DNA from: a virus | Lineage: Duplodnaviria; Caudoviricetes | Length of the DNA: 64,000 nt | Virus record (IMG/VR): IMGVR_UViG_2832349384_000006 | Location: 14,238-78,237 of that record | Direction: 5' to 3' (one strand) | Shown here: piece by piece, positions 38,801 to 48,643 of the stretch | Layout: every line of letters starts with the position of its first letter | How positions within the stretch are numbered: the stretch's first letter is position 1 | Notes under the pieces: generated by a model | The model's database searches: none | What the model saw: only the letters and a program-made list of their open reading frames with translations | Told to the model about the DNA's origin: nothing | Made by a program: the position numbers and the translations under genes

Positions 38801-39548
38801 ACATTACCGCTCCCATATCTGCGGCGTAATCATTCAGATAATTGCCCATCGTTAATAATTCATCGTCAGTGAGCAGGCGAGGGAATGAGGCGCCCGCCAG
38901 CACGCGTTGCGAGGTCTGATTACCGTCGGGCTGTAAACTCGAACCGCCAACACGGGTGCGCCCTGTGGTTTTTGATAACGGATAGGCGTAAGTTTTGTTT
39001 GTTACCATCTTCCCGCCATAGATAACGCCAAACTTGGCCCCCGTATCATCTCCGCTGATAAATAGCGTCAGGCACCCGTCTGGCTCTGAAGGCATATCAA
39101 TGCCCCGTTCCTGCGCCTGGAATACCTTGCCCTCATAGCCGGGCACAAAGCGGAATGAGGGATACCCCGAACCCGTCACACCGCTGCCGCGCTCGACCGT
39201 CAGTGACTTGCCCGCTTCGGTGCCATCAAAACCGAAACCAAAAATCTTTGCGCCTTTGTTGAAAATGCCAGTGATCAGCGCCGTCCGAGGTACGTTCTGC
39301 GTAACGTCCAGATCGAAATAGGCAACAGCACTGCCATCGGCTTTAAATCCTGGGTTATCAATCTTCCAGGGGCCATTTAACGTTAACTGACCTACCAGAT
39401 CGCCATAAAGACGCATACGAAATTCATCGTCGTAATCACTGTTGCCGGCTAAAAACAACGCGTTGTAATCCGGTACAGGCGAAATCACCGTATCAACCGT
39501 ATCCACAGTGCTTAAAATCATGGTTTCATCTTTTAATACAATGCCCAT
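38793..39548 (-). CDS. Hypothetical tail protein, possibly ConA/LamG-like
   Basis: C-terminal F.R.LTDDEL...YL pattern; translationally coupled within the tail cassette. Confidence 0.5.
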   Translation of the reverse strand: MGIVLKDETMILSTVDTVDTVISPVPDYNALFLAGNSDYDDEFRMRLYGDLVGQLTLNGPWKIDNPGFKADGSAVAYFDLDVTQNVPRTALITGIFNKGAKIFGFGFDGTEAGKSLTVERGSGVTGSGYPSFRFVPGYEGKVFQAQERGIDMPSEPDGCLTLFISGDDTGAKFGVIYGGKMVTNKTYAYPLSKTTGRTRVGGSSLQPDGNQTSQRVLAGASFPRLLTDDELLTMGNYLNDYAADMGAVMYE

Positions 39549-39562
39549 TATTCATTACCTCG

Positions 39563-40891
39563 TTAGTAAACTTTAATGCCGCGTAAAGCCATCGCCTGTT
39601 TGCGCCTGGCATACAACAAACTGATTTCATCGACTGATAGCGCACGGTCAAAGAATATTGCCTCGGCAATATGGAGTGGGTTTGCTTTATAGTTGGCGCT
39701 ATTGGAATAGGCATTGCCAATCGCCAAATTATTTTCGGCCATTGCCCTGGTTTTGTTATCCGGCTCTCTGATCTCAAACGGCGTTTGTCCGCCAATAAAG
39801 ATCCGTCTAAAGCACGGCGCGCCGCTGTCTGTCAGTCGCCCAGAGAATGCAATAAAAATCCAGTCGCCGGGCGCCGCATTCGGGATATACCAGCCTTGCA
39901 CATCCATCCCTTTTTCAACGATCAGAGCCTTTAAGGCATCGCCGGTCTTGCCCTCATTGGTAATGACGTATCGCCCGCCTCCCACGGACAATGAATAATC
40001 CGAGTTGTTGAAGATGGTCACCCCCTTGAGGGCGTCATAACGGATAACGGCGCAGCGAGTATATTCCAGTGAATCAGGAATATCCGACAGCAGCGCCGCG
40101 CCCCACGCTGGAACGCTGACGAAATTGGAAGAAAAGGCATGATTAATACCTTGGGGGGTAATCGTATGATTCCCTAAAAGCCCATCCAGGCTATTTTTAT
40201 TACCACCAAAAATAAAATGCTCCGTCGCTTCTGATTCTATATTCTCGATAGCAATTTCTTTTGAAAGGCTTACTTTTTTTGCAAACCCATGCTTACCCAC
40301 TAAAAGCAAGCTATTGCCTGATGCCATGCCCATTTCAATATCCCCGGCTTTAATTGAATCTTTTCTGATATCAATAAATTTGTTTTTAATTAATTCCTGG
40401 GTTAGCGATATGGCATCATGATGGAAACCGCTCTCCCTGATAACGTGCGATGCCATGCCGTGTTTGCCCGTGAGCGTTAAAAGCGGCTGATCGTCGTCAT
40501 AGAAGGTTTTGCCATCTATTTTTTGTGATATCCGGCGCCCGACGCCCAAATCGCTATCCATCGCGCCGATTTTTTCCGCGACGCCCTTATTGTTAAGCCA
40601 GAAAATAAACAGCGTCTTGGCTTCCATACCTTGCGCCACACGAAAAACGTCACCGTCGGCAGTCGCCGCCAGGCCGGCTATTGTTCCATCCGGATCGCTT
40701 TCTGTCTGGGTAAACGTCAACTCTTTGGCATCAGTCATTGCATTTATGCGCAGCAGAAGATGTTGCGTGCGTGCGGCTAATTGCCTTGCCTGAATATTCG
40801 CTACGCCACCGCGGCCACCTAACACCTTTTCCATTCGTTCGATCAGGTGTATTTCATCTTCCCACATACTGGTTTCAGTTATTTTTGCCAT
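39563..40891 (-). CDS. Tail fibre/spike: baseplate-anchor N-terminus plus ConA-like C-terminus
   Basis: WEDEIHLIE...VLGG..GVANIQARQLAART anchor; DPDGTIAGLAAT..G..FRV motif; IAEAIFFDRALSVDEI end. Confidence 0.7.
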   Translation of the reverse strand: MAKITETSMWEDEIHLIERMEKVLGGRGGVANIQARQLAARTQHLLLRINAMTDAKELTFTQTESDPDGTIAGLAATADGDVFRVAQGMEAKTLFIFWLNNKGVAEKIGAMDSDLGVGRRISQKIDGKTFYDDDQPLLTLTGKHGMASHVIRESGFHHDAISLTQELIKNKFIDIRKDSIKAGDIEMGMASGNSLLLVGKHGFAKKVSLSKEIAIENIESEATEHFIFGGNKNSLDGLLGNHTITPQGINHAFSSNFVSVPAWGAALLSDIPDSLEYTRCAVIRYDALKGVTIFNNSDYSLSVGGGRYVITNEGKTGDALKALIVEKGMDVQGWYIPNAAPGDWIFIAFSGRLTDSGAPCFRRIFIGGQTPFEIREPDNKTRAMAENNLAIGNAYSNSANYKANPLHIAEAIFFDRALSVDEISLLYARRKQAMALRGIKVY

Positions 40892-40892
40892 G

Positions 40893-41492
40893 CTATCTCC
40901 CGGCGTACCTTATATTTCCGTCAAAGACTGACAGCCCGTCATATTTAATCGCCGGGTCGGGTGTCATGCCCTCCGGGTACACTGTTACTATTTCGCCCAT
41001 GAAGGCTGCCACCCCGACGAAAGCCACGCCCTGCACTCGTCTCACCAGGCTAATCTGAGCCAGATGACGGCTTACTGGTTTGGTATCACCGATTAGCCGT
41101 TCTAACTCGCTGATCATTGCTTCGGTAATGACAATGTCATTAACATCAATGGCCAGCCTGAACGTGCCGGCGGGATCGGCAACTTGCCACCATTCTTCAA
41201 TGCTCATGCTGTAGCCAAGGGTTTCAATCACTCGGCGAATAGCGGCTATAGTTCCCTTGCGGCGATGGATATAGAAAGCATCTTTCACCGCCTGGCGCTT
41301 TTCTGCTGTTGTCCACTTTTCATCCCACCGATCAACCGAAAATGCCCAGGCCAGATAGGGCAAAAACTTGGCCGGGCATCGGTCAGGGTTCCAAAGATCA
41401 CGCAGGGGGGCATTTAGATCGCTAATACCAGCGCACGCCTCGGCAGCCCGCCGTTCAAGCACAGTCGATCCAGTTGGCAAAAGGCTATTCAT
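40893..41492 (-). CDS. P2 gpI-like baseplate wedge protein
   Basis: LRDLWNPDRCPAKFLPYLAWAFSVDRWD. Confidence 0.95.
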   Translation of the reverse strand: MNSLLPTGSTVLERRAAEACAGISDLNAPLRDLWNPDRCPAKFLPYLAWAFSVDRWDEKWTTAEKRQAVKDAFYIHRRKGTIAAIRRVIETLGYSMSIEEWWQVADPAGTFRLAIDVNDIVITEAMISELERLIGDTKPVSRHLAQISLVRRVQGVAFVGVAAFMGEIVTVYPEGMTPDPAIKYDGLSVFDGNIRYAGR

Positions 41493-42393
41493 CAGTGCCG
41501 CCCAAGGTGAGCTTGTATTCCGTGCAGTTGGATGCCTGGGTGCGGTCTAACACCATATCTTCCAGTGGCGCTGCCAACTCAACGCGCTGTATCCCCTGGG
41601 TGTGTAGAGCGGCATAAATGGCAGAAAGGCGGATATCGCGCCCCAGGCGGCGCTGTTCGTTGATGTAGCTCTGCAACCGCGATTCTGCACTGGCCATAAT
41701 CGGCTCTACGGCAGGCCCCGGATAAGCGTAAAGCGTGGCATCTATTTGATAGTCGATAATTTGCGCAGACTGCACAGTTACGCGATCGGCTACCGGTCGC
41801 ACCTCTTCATCGTTCAAAGCGGCACTGACGGCTGCCAGCAGCTCTGGCGAGGCGGTGCCGTCGCCGTCGCGAGACAATATGCTGATTGTCACTTCCGCCG
41901 GCGCCGGACTGATGGCGGATGCATCTGCAACTTTGCCATCGGCGCTTAGCGCGTGAAATTCGTAGGCACCGGTAGGGCCGGCAACGCTCATACCCTCAAA
42001 GGCTGCGGGGATGCGCTGACGGTAATCGGCATCGGATTCCATCACCGCTTCGACCGGCGGGATTGCCTCGCTATCCGCCGGGGTTGTCACCAGGCGCGCG
42101 GTATTGTTGTTGGCGCCCAACTGATCAAGATCATCACCTATGGCATAAGCCACCATCACCGCCTGCGCCGCTTCATTGATGCGCTGGCGCAGCAGCAATT
42201 CCCGATATGCGTTTTCCTGCAGCAGCATCACAATGGGCTCTGATTCCAGTTCCAATGTGGCGGTGATAGCGTCCTGTTGATCTGCCGGATAAAGCGCAAT
42301 CAGCGCGGTTTTGCGTTCTTCGAACAGCGTTTCAAAGCTCAATTCCTCCACAACCTGCGGCGCGGGAAGCTGTGATAAATCGATCACACTCAT
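41485..42393 (-). CDS. P2 gpJ-like baseplate protein
   Basis: IDLSQLPAPQVVEEL...SVAGPTGAYEFHA. Confidence 0.95.
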   Translation of the reverse strand: MSVIDLSQLPAPQVVEELSFETLFEERKTALIALYPADQQDAITATLELESEPIVMLLQENAYRELLLRQRINEAAQAVMVAYAIGDDLDQLGANNNTARLVTTPADSEAIPPVEAVMESDADYRQRIPAAFEGMSVAGPTGAYEFHALSADGKVADASAISPAPAEVTISILSRDGDGTASPELLAAVSAALNDEEVRPVADRVTVQSAQIIDYQIDATLYAYPGPAVEPIMASAESRLQSYINEQRRLGRDIRLSAIYAALHTQGIQRVELAAPLEDMVLDRTQASNCTEYKLTLGGTDE

Positions 42394-42746
42394 GATGTGC
42401 TCCCATAGGAATAGGAAATGGATAGGTTGATGCTGGCTGTTGTGTCCGTTCTGCTCCCCGTAATTTCAACAACCATTTGGCCATCCATTTGCGTTGATAC
42501 GTTGACCGAACTTAGGGAAACTCGCGGCTCCCAGCGCCTGATTGCGCTATAGGCTGCCGCCATGACCTGCAGGCGTGTTGCGCCGTTTTGCGGCTGATCG
42601 ATAAGCTCTGACATAAGCGATCCAAACTGGCGCCTGGCGATGCGAGAGCCGATAGGGGTTACCAGTATCTTTCTGATGGATTGCCGGATGTGCTCAATGT
42701 CCTCTACGGCGCGACCATCATCCGTGTTCATACCCTGATACATCAT
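42390..42746 (-). CDS. P2 gpW-like baseplate protein (gp25 family)
   Basis: HIRQSIRKILVTPIGSR...RWEPR. Confidence 0.93.
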   Translation of the reverse strand: MMYQGMNTDDGRAVEDIEHIRQSIRKILVTPIGSRIARRQFGSLMSELIDQPQNGATRLQVMAAAYSAIRRWEPRVSLSSVNVSTQMDGQMVVEITGSRTDTTASINLSISYSYGSTS

Positions 42747-43336
42747 TTCACTGGCCCCCCAGAATTGCCGCTGCCTGTTTCAACCCCGCTATGTTGATGC
42801 GTGTCTACTACCACGCCATTTGAACTAAATTCCCCCCCTGAATGCCTGATATCCCCGCGCATTTCTCCGCCATCCTTTACGGACAACTCCGCCGTTTCCA
42901 GCAATTTGGTACAGGTTACTTTTGGGGTGTCCAACGTAATGCCCGTGCTCGCCTTGAAAACTGCCGTTTTGATACCGTCAATGGCCAGTTCGCCATTCTC
43001 CGGGCTATAGCTGAACCTGGCACCATCCTGGAACGTCACCACCAGATCGCTATCTGAACCTGATGGCGCGGGGTTGGCGTCAGAGAATACGGCGGGCAGT
43101 ACAAACGCGGTGGTCAACTCTCCGGCCATGCTCAAAATAATCACCTGTTCACCCACTGACGGCGCCCACCATGTTCGGGCGTTGCCTGCGCGCATCGTCA
43201 GCCAGTTGAGCCAGGTTGTTTCCAGTTCGCCAGTTTTCACCCGGCACAAGCCGTTCTCTGTATCAACATCGGAAATAGTACCGATGCGGATCAGATTGGT
43301 GAGTAGTCGCAAGATTTCGGTCAGTTGTGCATTCAT
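42743..43336 (-). CDS. P2 gpV-like baseplate spike
   Basis: MNAQLTEILRLLTNLIRIG...WWAPSVGEQV; C-terminal HQH. Confidence 0.93.
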   Translation of the reverse strand: MNAQLTEILRLLTNLIRIGTISDVDTENGLCRVKTGELETTWLNWLTMRAGNARTWWAPSVGEQVIILSMAGELTTAFVLPAVFSDANPAPSGSDSDLVVTFQDGARFSYSPENGELAIDGIKTAVFKASTGITLDTPKVTCTKLLETAELSVKDGGEMRGDIRHSGGEFSSNGVVVDTHQHSGVETGSGNSGGPVK

Positions 43337-43378
43337 GGCCACAGCCTGCCACGCGCGCCGAACGCGGCGCATGCGTCG

Positions 43379-43402
43379 GGCATTGTGTGGCCGATGGCAC
43401 AA
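43379..43402. promoter_or_regulatory. Ogr-binding site of late promoter pV
   Basis: GGCATTGTGTG-GCCGA-TGGCACAA. Confidence 0.85.
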
Positions 43403-43478
43403 AACGGCAGGGCGGTACTTGGGGAGTTAAGAAAAATAATGGTGATGGCCAGCATCGCCGCCGGCAACTGTGCTGCAG

Positions 43479-43943
43479 CTACTTACTAAGATGATCAATC
43501 AAAATATCGCCAATGGAGGCAATGGCACCATCATTCAAGCCAAGCAACTCACGCGCATCATATTTCACTTGAGGGCCGCGCTTACCGCGCTGATAAATTC
43601 GCTCTCTCAGCCCGTAATGATGTACGCGCGCAATGCGCTGTACGGGCCCGGCAAAAAAAACTACCGCATCATTTTGGCTGCTAGCCACCTTCATAAAGCG
43701 CGTGGTTTGCAGCTTGCTGAACATTTTTCGCCTTACCCGGCCAATTTTCTTTCTCCCCTTGGCTTCCTGTGGTTTGCGTGGGGTATATGGGGTTCCATCC
43801 GGGTTACGCTGCTGGCTGATCTGTTGGCGCTGGCGTTTGCGCAATTCGCTAGCCCACTGCCGGGTTAGCTTCTTTCGTTCTGCGGGGGAAAGCTGCGCAG
43901 CCAGCGCAGCAAGCCAAGCATCAATTTTTATAAGCTCACTCAT
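43479..43943 (-). CDS. P2 gpS-like tail completion protein
   Basis: QQRNPDGTPYTPRK...ARVHHYG...YDARELLG. Confidence 0.92.
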   Translation of the reverse strand: MSELIKIDAWLAALAAQLSPAERKKLTRQWASELRKRQRQQISQQRNPDGTPYTPRKPQEAKGRKKIGRVRRKMFSKLQTTRFMKVASSQNDAVVFFAGPVQRIARVHHYGLRERIYQRGKRGPQVKYDARELLGLNDGAIASIGDILIDHLSK

Positions 43944-44367
43944 TCGGCGCCCAATCATCAGGGTAAAGCGGTTCCGGCTCTGGCACTGCCTCAACCACCA
44001 TCTGCCCATCCACCTCTTTTACGATCGTGCGCTCGGTCAATTTCAGGTTAATGCTGATATCGCACCCACCATTGTTCAAAATATCGACCTCAAAGGTATA
44101 ACCTTTTTCTCTATTATCCGAGTTTGCCATAATGTCCGGCTGATTGCGGCGCAGCCAGAACAAGATCACGGCGTCCAGGATATCCTGATCCCCATAAAAA
44201 TCAGTGATTAACAGATTGAGATTGTATTGCCGCTCGTAGGAAATAGTGGCCGCTAGTGTGGAAACGATAGCGCCTTCATCAACAAAAATATGCAACTTGT
44301 CCGGGTTCTGCCCCAGGAAGGGGATCCCCTCAGAGATTGCCTTTCTTAGTGATGCCGGTTTTTTCAT
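43936..44367 (-). CDS. P2 gpR-like tail completion protein
   Basis: MKKPASLRKAI...WLRRNQPD...LKLTER. Confidence 0.92.
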   Translation of the reverse strand: MKKPASLRKAISEGIPFLGQNPDKLHIFVDEGAIVSTLAATISYERQYNLNLLITDFYGDQDILDAVILFWLRRNQPDIMANSDNREKGYTFEVDILNNGGCDISINLKLTERTIVKEVDGQMVVEAVPEPEPLYPDDWAPNE

Positions 44368-44635
44368 TCTGATTCTCCTGGCATTGGATAATGGCATCCA
44401 CCTGATCGGCGCATGTGGCCCAGGCCGCTTCTATACGGTTTTTTTCCTGTGCCAAATCGCCATTAGTTAGCGGGTTGCTGGCTGGCAACTGGCAGGCGTT
44501 CAGTTTCGGACAGCCAGGCGCGATAAGCTGCACCTCCGGTGATTGCGGGGCGCTGGTGCAGGCGGATAACATCATCAGGCAGGCGATCACCCGCCCATTT
44601 TTTAAGTGCTGCGTTCTCACGGTACAACCTCGCAA
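44330..44635 (-). CDS. o-spanin lipoprotein (LysC-like)
   Basis: Lipobox LSAC; GCP...C.LP...CADQVD; overlaps lysB. Confidence 0.8.
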   Translation of the reverse strand: MRGCTVRTQHLKNGRVIACLMMLSACTSAPQSPEVQLIAPGCPKLNACQLPASNPLTNGDLAQEKNRIEAAWATCADQVDAIIQCQENQNEKTGITKKGNL

Positions 44636-44933
44636 TCATATTTTCCCGTGTGCTTAGCAGGGTGCCAGTGTCGGCCATCTGCTGACGCAATTCTGCCTGC
44701 GCACGGTTATTGTCGTTAGCCAAAATACCCAATGTAATCAACGCTGCATTTTTGGCGGATAGCTGTTGGCTCATGTTATCGATCGTCTGGCCTTGCGCAG
44801 TGATCGTGTTTTTCTGCTGGGCTATATCATCCTTTGCCTTCCCCAATCGCCATGACTGGAGCCCCAGGGCGGCGATGCTTGCCAACAGGATGGCACCAAC
44901 AACGATCCACACGCGCGGGATACTGCTTATCAT
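44463..44933 (-). CDS. i-spanin (LysB-like)
   Basis: N-terminal TM, coiled coil, W...LPDDVIRL motif. Confidence 0.88.
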   Translation of the reverse strand: MISSIPRVWIVVGAILLASIAALGLQSWRLGKAKDDIAQQKNTITAQGQTIDNMSQQLSAKNAALITLGILANDNNRAQAELRQQMADTGTLLSTRENMIARLYRENAALKKWAGDRLPDDVIRLHQRPAITGGAAYRAWLSETERLPVASQQPAN

Positions 44934-45427
44934 GCTAACGCCCCGCCATATTCAACGTATTTGCTCAGTAACGTTTCCAACTTGTGCTCTGGCTGCCCGT
45001 ACCCCGCGCCCGGCAAACTTGCCCAAATATTGCGGCATTTCCGAATTGCCGCTTCAATCCTGCCGGCATTGATATCGGTCAGCGCGTTGCGTTCCCGGAT
45101 CAGTTGGATGGCCCATTTATCTTGTGATTCAGGGCTGAAATCGGGCAGTTTCAATTGGCGCCGGTAGTGGGCCCAATCCTTGATTAGAAACTGATAGCCC
45201 CCTGATGCAGTGCTGCGCTGCCCACGGCTGTTAAACACTTTCCCCGGCCGGCCGCCAGCAAATGGGTGATCGCGATAATCAGCGAAGGTTTCCGCCTTAC
45301 CATCAATGCCGGTCACAATCACGTTGTAACCCTGATCAGATCGAGCGAGCAAAGCAGGCCCGATCTCGCTAAAGCGCAACATATCCAAAAATGCGTTTCC
45401 GTTAGCGGTTGTAGCTATTCTGGCCAT
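44930..45427 (-). CDS. Lambda R-type lytic transglycosylase endolysin
   Basis: AFLDMLRFSEIG, STASGGYQFL, WASLPGAGYGQ.EH. Confidence 0.93.
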   Translation of the reverse strand: MARIATTANGNAFLDMLRFSEIGPALLARSDQGYNVIVTGIDGKAETFADYRDHPFAGGRPGKVFNSRGQRSTASGGYQFLIKDWAHYRRQLKLPDFSPESQDKWAIQLIRERNALTDINAGRIEAAIRKCRNIWASLPGAGYGQPEHKLETLLSKYVEYGGALA

Positions 45428-45725
45428 CTTTCCCTCTCTTGCCGTGTTTGCGGCGGTTTTTCAGCTCATCCAGCGTTGGAATAAAAATCATGATGTTGCC
45501 GCGCGACCTCAATAGCGCCATCAAGATCATGAATCCAAATAGGGCCGTTACCTGTTCAGGTGGTGGCACCCGGTCAAAAATGGCGAGCATCAACACAGAA
45601 AAGCAGACGCTGATCACCACATAGGCAACTACGGCCGCCCATCGGTTGTGGGGCGCTCCCTGGCGCTGGAATGCCAGCAGGCGCAGGGCGATTGCCAGGC
45701 AGATAAGTGACGTGATCCATTGCAT
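45402..45725 (-). CDS. Holin-like membrane protein 2
   Basis: Three hydrophobic segments, RGN motif and a basic tail; in the lysis cassette. Confidence 0.7.
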   Translation of the reverse strand: MQWITSLICLAIALRLLAFQRQGAPHNRWAAVVAYVVISVCFSVLMLAIFDRVPPPEQVTALFGFMILMALLRSRGNIMIFIPTLDELKNRRKHGKRGKDGQNSYNR

Positions 45726-45727
45726 GA

Positions 45728-46096
45728 TTATTTCCCCTTGAATATGCGGAAAATTGACGCATCGTTATCAAGCCGTTTCAGCGCGGCCAACAGCACTTTA
45801 ATGGCCACACCTGCAGCGACGAATGCGCCGGCGCCGAGCTTCACCTCAACATCTAAGCCTGTGGCCTTTTTCATCATTGCCGCGGCAATCGGCGCGAACA
45901 GGCAACCGGCAATAAAACTGCAGGCCCACAACACGCCGCGCCGTTTTAGCGTCAGTTCCTGTGATGCCAGAACAAAAAGAGACGCGCCGCCGCATGCGCC
46001 TAACAACACCGGCATCGCGTCACCCGACAAAATAGAGAGCAGGGCGCCGATGATGAACGATGCAAGCGTTGTGGTAGTGGTAACGGGTTCAGTCAT
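45728..46096 (-). CDS. Holin-like membrane protein 1
   Basis: MTEPVT start; multiple TM segments; follows gpX. Confidence 0.75.
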   Translation of the reverse strand: MTEPVTTTTTLASFIIGALLSILSGDAMPVLLGACGGASLFVLASQELTLKRRGVLWACSFIAGCLFAPIAAAMMKKATGLDVEVKLGAGAFVAAGVAIKVLLAALKRLDNDASIFRIFKGK

Positions 46097-46099
46097 TTT

Positions 46100-46303
46100 T
46101 CAATCCCAAAGTTGAATAGTTTGCTGTGTTGCCGCCGGCGCAATGTCCGGCATTTCTACCGGCGTACCGTGCGGAATAAAGGGCCCAATATCCGCCAACC
46201 CTGGGTTAGCCAACAAAACGACTTCCGCCAAACCGTCAGTGCGGCCGTAATAGCGCCAGCACAGCAGATCCACGGTGTCGTATTGGTGCGCGATGACCTT
46301 CAT
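46100..46303 (-). CDS. P2 gpX-like tail protein
   Basis: QYDTVDLLCWRYYGRT...ANPGLA. Confidence 0.93.
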   Translation of the reverse strand: MKVIAHQYDTVDLLCWRYYGRTDGLAEVVLLANPGLADIGPFIPHGTPVEMPDIAPAATQQTIQLWD

Positions 46304-46770
46304 CAGATCAATTCCACGGTCATATGCCGCTCACCCTGAATCAAACGCATTGCCCATCTGGCATCACGCCACAGATCATCAATAGATTCGTCTGTAGCAT
46401 CGGCGCGCTTGTTGCCGCTTTCCGTGGCGTCATAGTCCCGATAACGTTCATTCAGGTTGGCCTTGGTGATGCAGTACACTGCGCGGCGGTAGTGCTGCAG
46501 CAGCACGCTTTCATCGTCCAACTGTTCGGCCGGCACCGCGGCCAAATCGGCCACCCCCTCAGCCTGGCGAGCTTCCCGCCATAGGGTTAACTCCCCATTA
46601 ACTTCTGCCATTGCATTCAGGGCCGCATGCCGTAACCGCTGCACGGTAAACGTTCCATCCGTCCTGATGCATTCCTGCAAATCCCCCAGATCGATATCTG
46701 GCCAAAATGGGGTGTTTTTGATTGTTGGCAGAGCCTCTTCCGCCTGTCCTGGGGCGACGAACTTCACCAT
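46303..46770 (-). CDS. P2 gpL-like head completion protein
   Basis: FWPDIDL...YRRAVYC...YRDYDAT. Confidence 0.92.
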   Translation of the reverse strand: MVKFVAPGQAEEALPTIKNTPFWPDIDLGDLQECIRTDGTFTVQRLRHAALNAMAEVNGELTLWREARQAEGVADLAAVPAEQLDDESVLLQHYRRAVYCITKANLNERYRDYDATESGNKRADATDESIDDLWRDARWAMRLIQGERHMTVELI

Positions 46771-46868
46771 GTCGGCTTCTCTCAATAGGTGGGCGGTGGA
46801 CGGGCGTATTGATGCGGTTAAAAACCTGTCGCAACGCCCGTGCCGCCCCGCGCGTGGGCACGTTCGGT

Positions 46869-47531
46869 TTAGCCGTTACCGGCCTTTTTCAACTCGCGTT
46901 CGAGTCGCTCAATGTCTTTCTTGACGCCAATCCGCTCATGCAGTTGGAAAGCCCGCTGCAGCTGCGCCAGTGCCAACTCGTTTTGCCCGCGATCCCGCAA
47001 CCCATAGCCCATGACCTTATGCACCTTGGCGCGCACTTCGTCAGGCATATCGTGGGGTTCGGTCAGATCCAGCAGGCGGGATAGAATAGATAGGTTTATC
47101 GGCCGCCCCGCATCATGGGCTTTCAGTGCGCAATCGGCGATTTCTTCCGCCACTGCGCAGGCTGTTTGGCGTGAATAGCGGCTAGGCATGACCAGGTTAT
47201 GCCTCAGCGCATATTCGGCTATGTCGATAGCGCCGTTGTAGTCGCCCGCATCAATGCGCCATATCATGACGTGCATGATCACGTCGTCCTGGATACCGCT
47301 GCCTGATTTCAGGATCCCGGCAACCCAGGGGGCATAGTGTGGTAACAGCTCACGCTTAAGCTCGGCCTTTTTTTCCTGTGATTGAACCTGTTTCAGCCGG
47401 CGGCTATCCTCGGCAATCTTCATGAGCATCAACTCATAACCATTGGCGTGGCGATTAAGAGCGCCGCCCTGGCGGGCGGCCTCTTTAGCCTGGATAAAGC
47501 GCGCGTGGCGCTGTGCAGGACTCATGGCCAT
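46869..47531 (-). CDS. P2 gpM-like terminase endonuclease subunit
   Basis: SPAQRH...WRIDAGDY...GVKKDIERLER. Confidence 0.93.
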   Translation of the reverse strand: MAMSPAQRHARFIQAKEAARQGGALNRHANGYELMLMKIAEDSRRLKQVQSQEKKAELKRELLPHYAPWVAGILKSGSGIQDDVIMHVMIWRIDAGDYNGAIDIAEYALRHNLVMPSRYSRQTACAVAEEIADCALKAHDAGRPINLSILSRLLDLTEPHDMPDEVRAKVHKVMGYGLRDRGQNELALAQLQRAFQLHERIGVKKDIERLERELKKAGNG

Positions 47532-47533
47532 AA

Positions 47534-48598
47534 TTATTGGCCCGTACCTGCATCGCCGGCCGCCGCTTCAAACTTGCCCAACTTGATGTTTTCAATCAGG
47601 CAACCGCAGCCATAATCTTCAACCACGTAAGCCTCGTTGACCGATTCAAAGTTTTCGATCCGGTCACGTTTCGGGTTGTCGATGATCAGGCGGCGGCGGG
47701 TGTCTTCCTGCCAGTAGATGGAAAGGTTATCCAGACGGGTGATCAGCATGGCGTTGGCTGGGAAGAATGGAGCACGCACAGCCTGCAGCCCGCCCATGCG
47801 TTTCTGGCTGATGATGAGATCGGCTGCCAGAGCCTCAGAGTTCGGCTGGGTTTTGTTAACCAGCGGGAAATATTTATCAGCCAGCAGGCCACGGCCACAG
47901 ATAACTACCAGATCGGTATCGTCCTGGAACCACGGATCGATCAGGTTGTTTACCGCATCCATTACCACCGCATCCAGGTTGGCAAAATCACCGTTTTCAC
48001 CCACGCGGATTTCTGCGGAAACTACGGCGCCGGCATCATCAATGATTTTATCCATCACGCGGGCCGGTGCGTCCTGACGGTATTTTTCCAACCAACCAAC
48101 ATTCACATCCTGGAGCAATGGGTAAGTGGTGCGGTTAGACGTTTTTTCACGCTTGACGCCGTTAAAGCCAATCATGATGCGGTCTAGCGCCTGTCGGATC
48201 ACGATGGCGTTACGGATCCGCAATTGGAAGTCCTGGAACTTCGCCCACAAGTCCAATTTGCCGTAACTGAGCGACGTATCGAAGTTGGTTTGCTCACATT
48301 TGTACTCAATGGAGTCCAGTCCGCTGGGATCGGTCGGCTCACGCTCTTTGGTTGCGGTATCCGTCGTGCTGGCAATGGTGGTACCCACACCCAGCCCCAG
48401 GCGTTGGCCTGATTGTTCGGTAACCTGAACGATGTTGATCAGTTGCAGGAATGCAGAGCTTTCCTGAATTTTATCTTCCAAGGTTTGGGCTACTGATGGC
48501 TCTACAGCAAACTTGCTGCTCAGCTCAACCGGCACGCCGTTCAGCTCGGCAAGGGTGCTCAGGTAGGCGTTAAATTTAAATTTCGTTTCTTTGCGCAT
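47534..48598 (-). CDS. P2 gpN-like major capsid protein
   Basis: FAVEPSVAQTLE...QALDRIMIGFNG...NEAYVVEDY. Confidence 0.95.
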   Translation of the reverse strand: MRKETKFKFNAYLSTLAELNGVPVELSSKFAVEPSVAQTLEDKIQESSAFLQLINIVQVTEQSGQRLGLGVGTTIASTTDTATKEREPTDPSGLDSIEYKCEQTNFDTSLSYGKLDLWAKFQDFQLRIRNAIVIRQALDRIMIGFNGVKREKTSNRTTYPLLQDVNVGWLEKYRQDAPARVMDKIIDDAGAVVSAEIRVGENGDFANLDAVVMDAVNNLIDPWFQDDTDLVVICGRGLLADKYFPLVNKTQPNSEALAADLIISQKRMGGLQAVRAPFFPANAMLITRLDNLSIYWQEDTRRRLIIDNPKRDRIENFESVNEAYVVEDYGCGCLIENIKLGKFEAAAGDAGTGQ

Positions 48599-48643
48599 GC
48601 TTCCTCGATCTCCGTAATCTGTTGTCTGTTGTGCTGATGCTTA

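Noticed and set aside
43633-44211. 192-aa + strand ORF as a moron between V and S
   Set aside because: It lies entirely antisense to gpS/gpR; the V-S gap is only the pV promoter region
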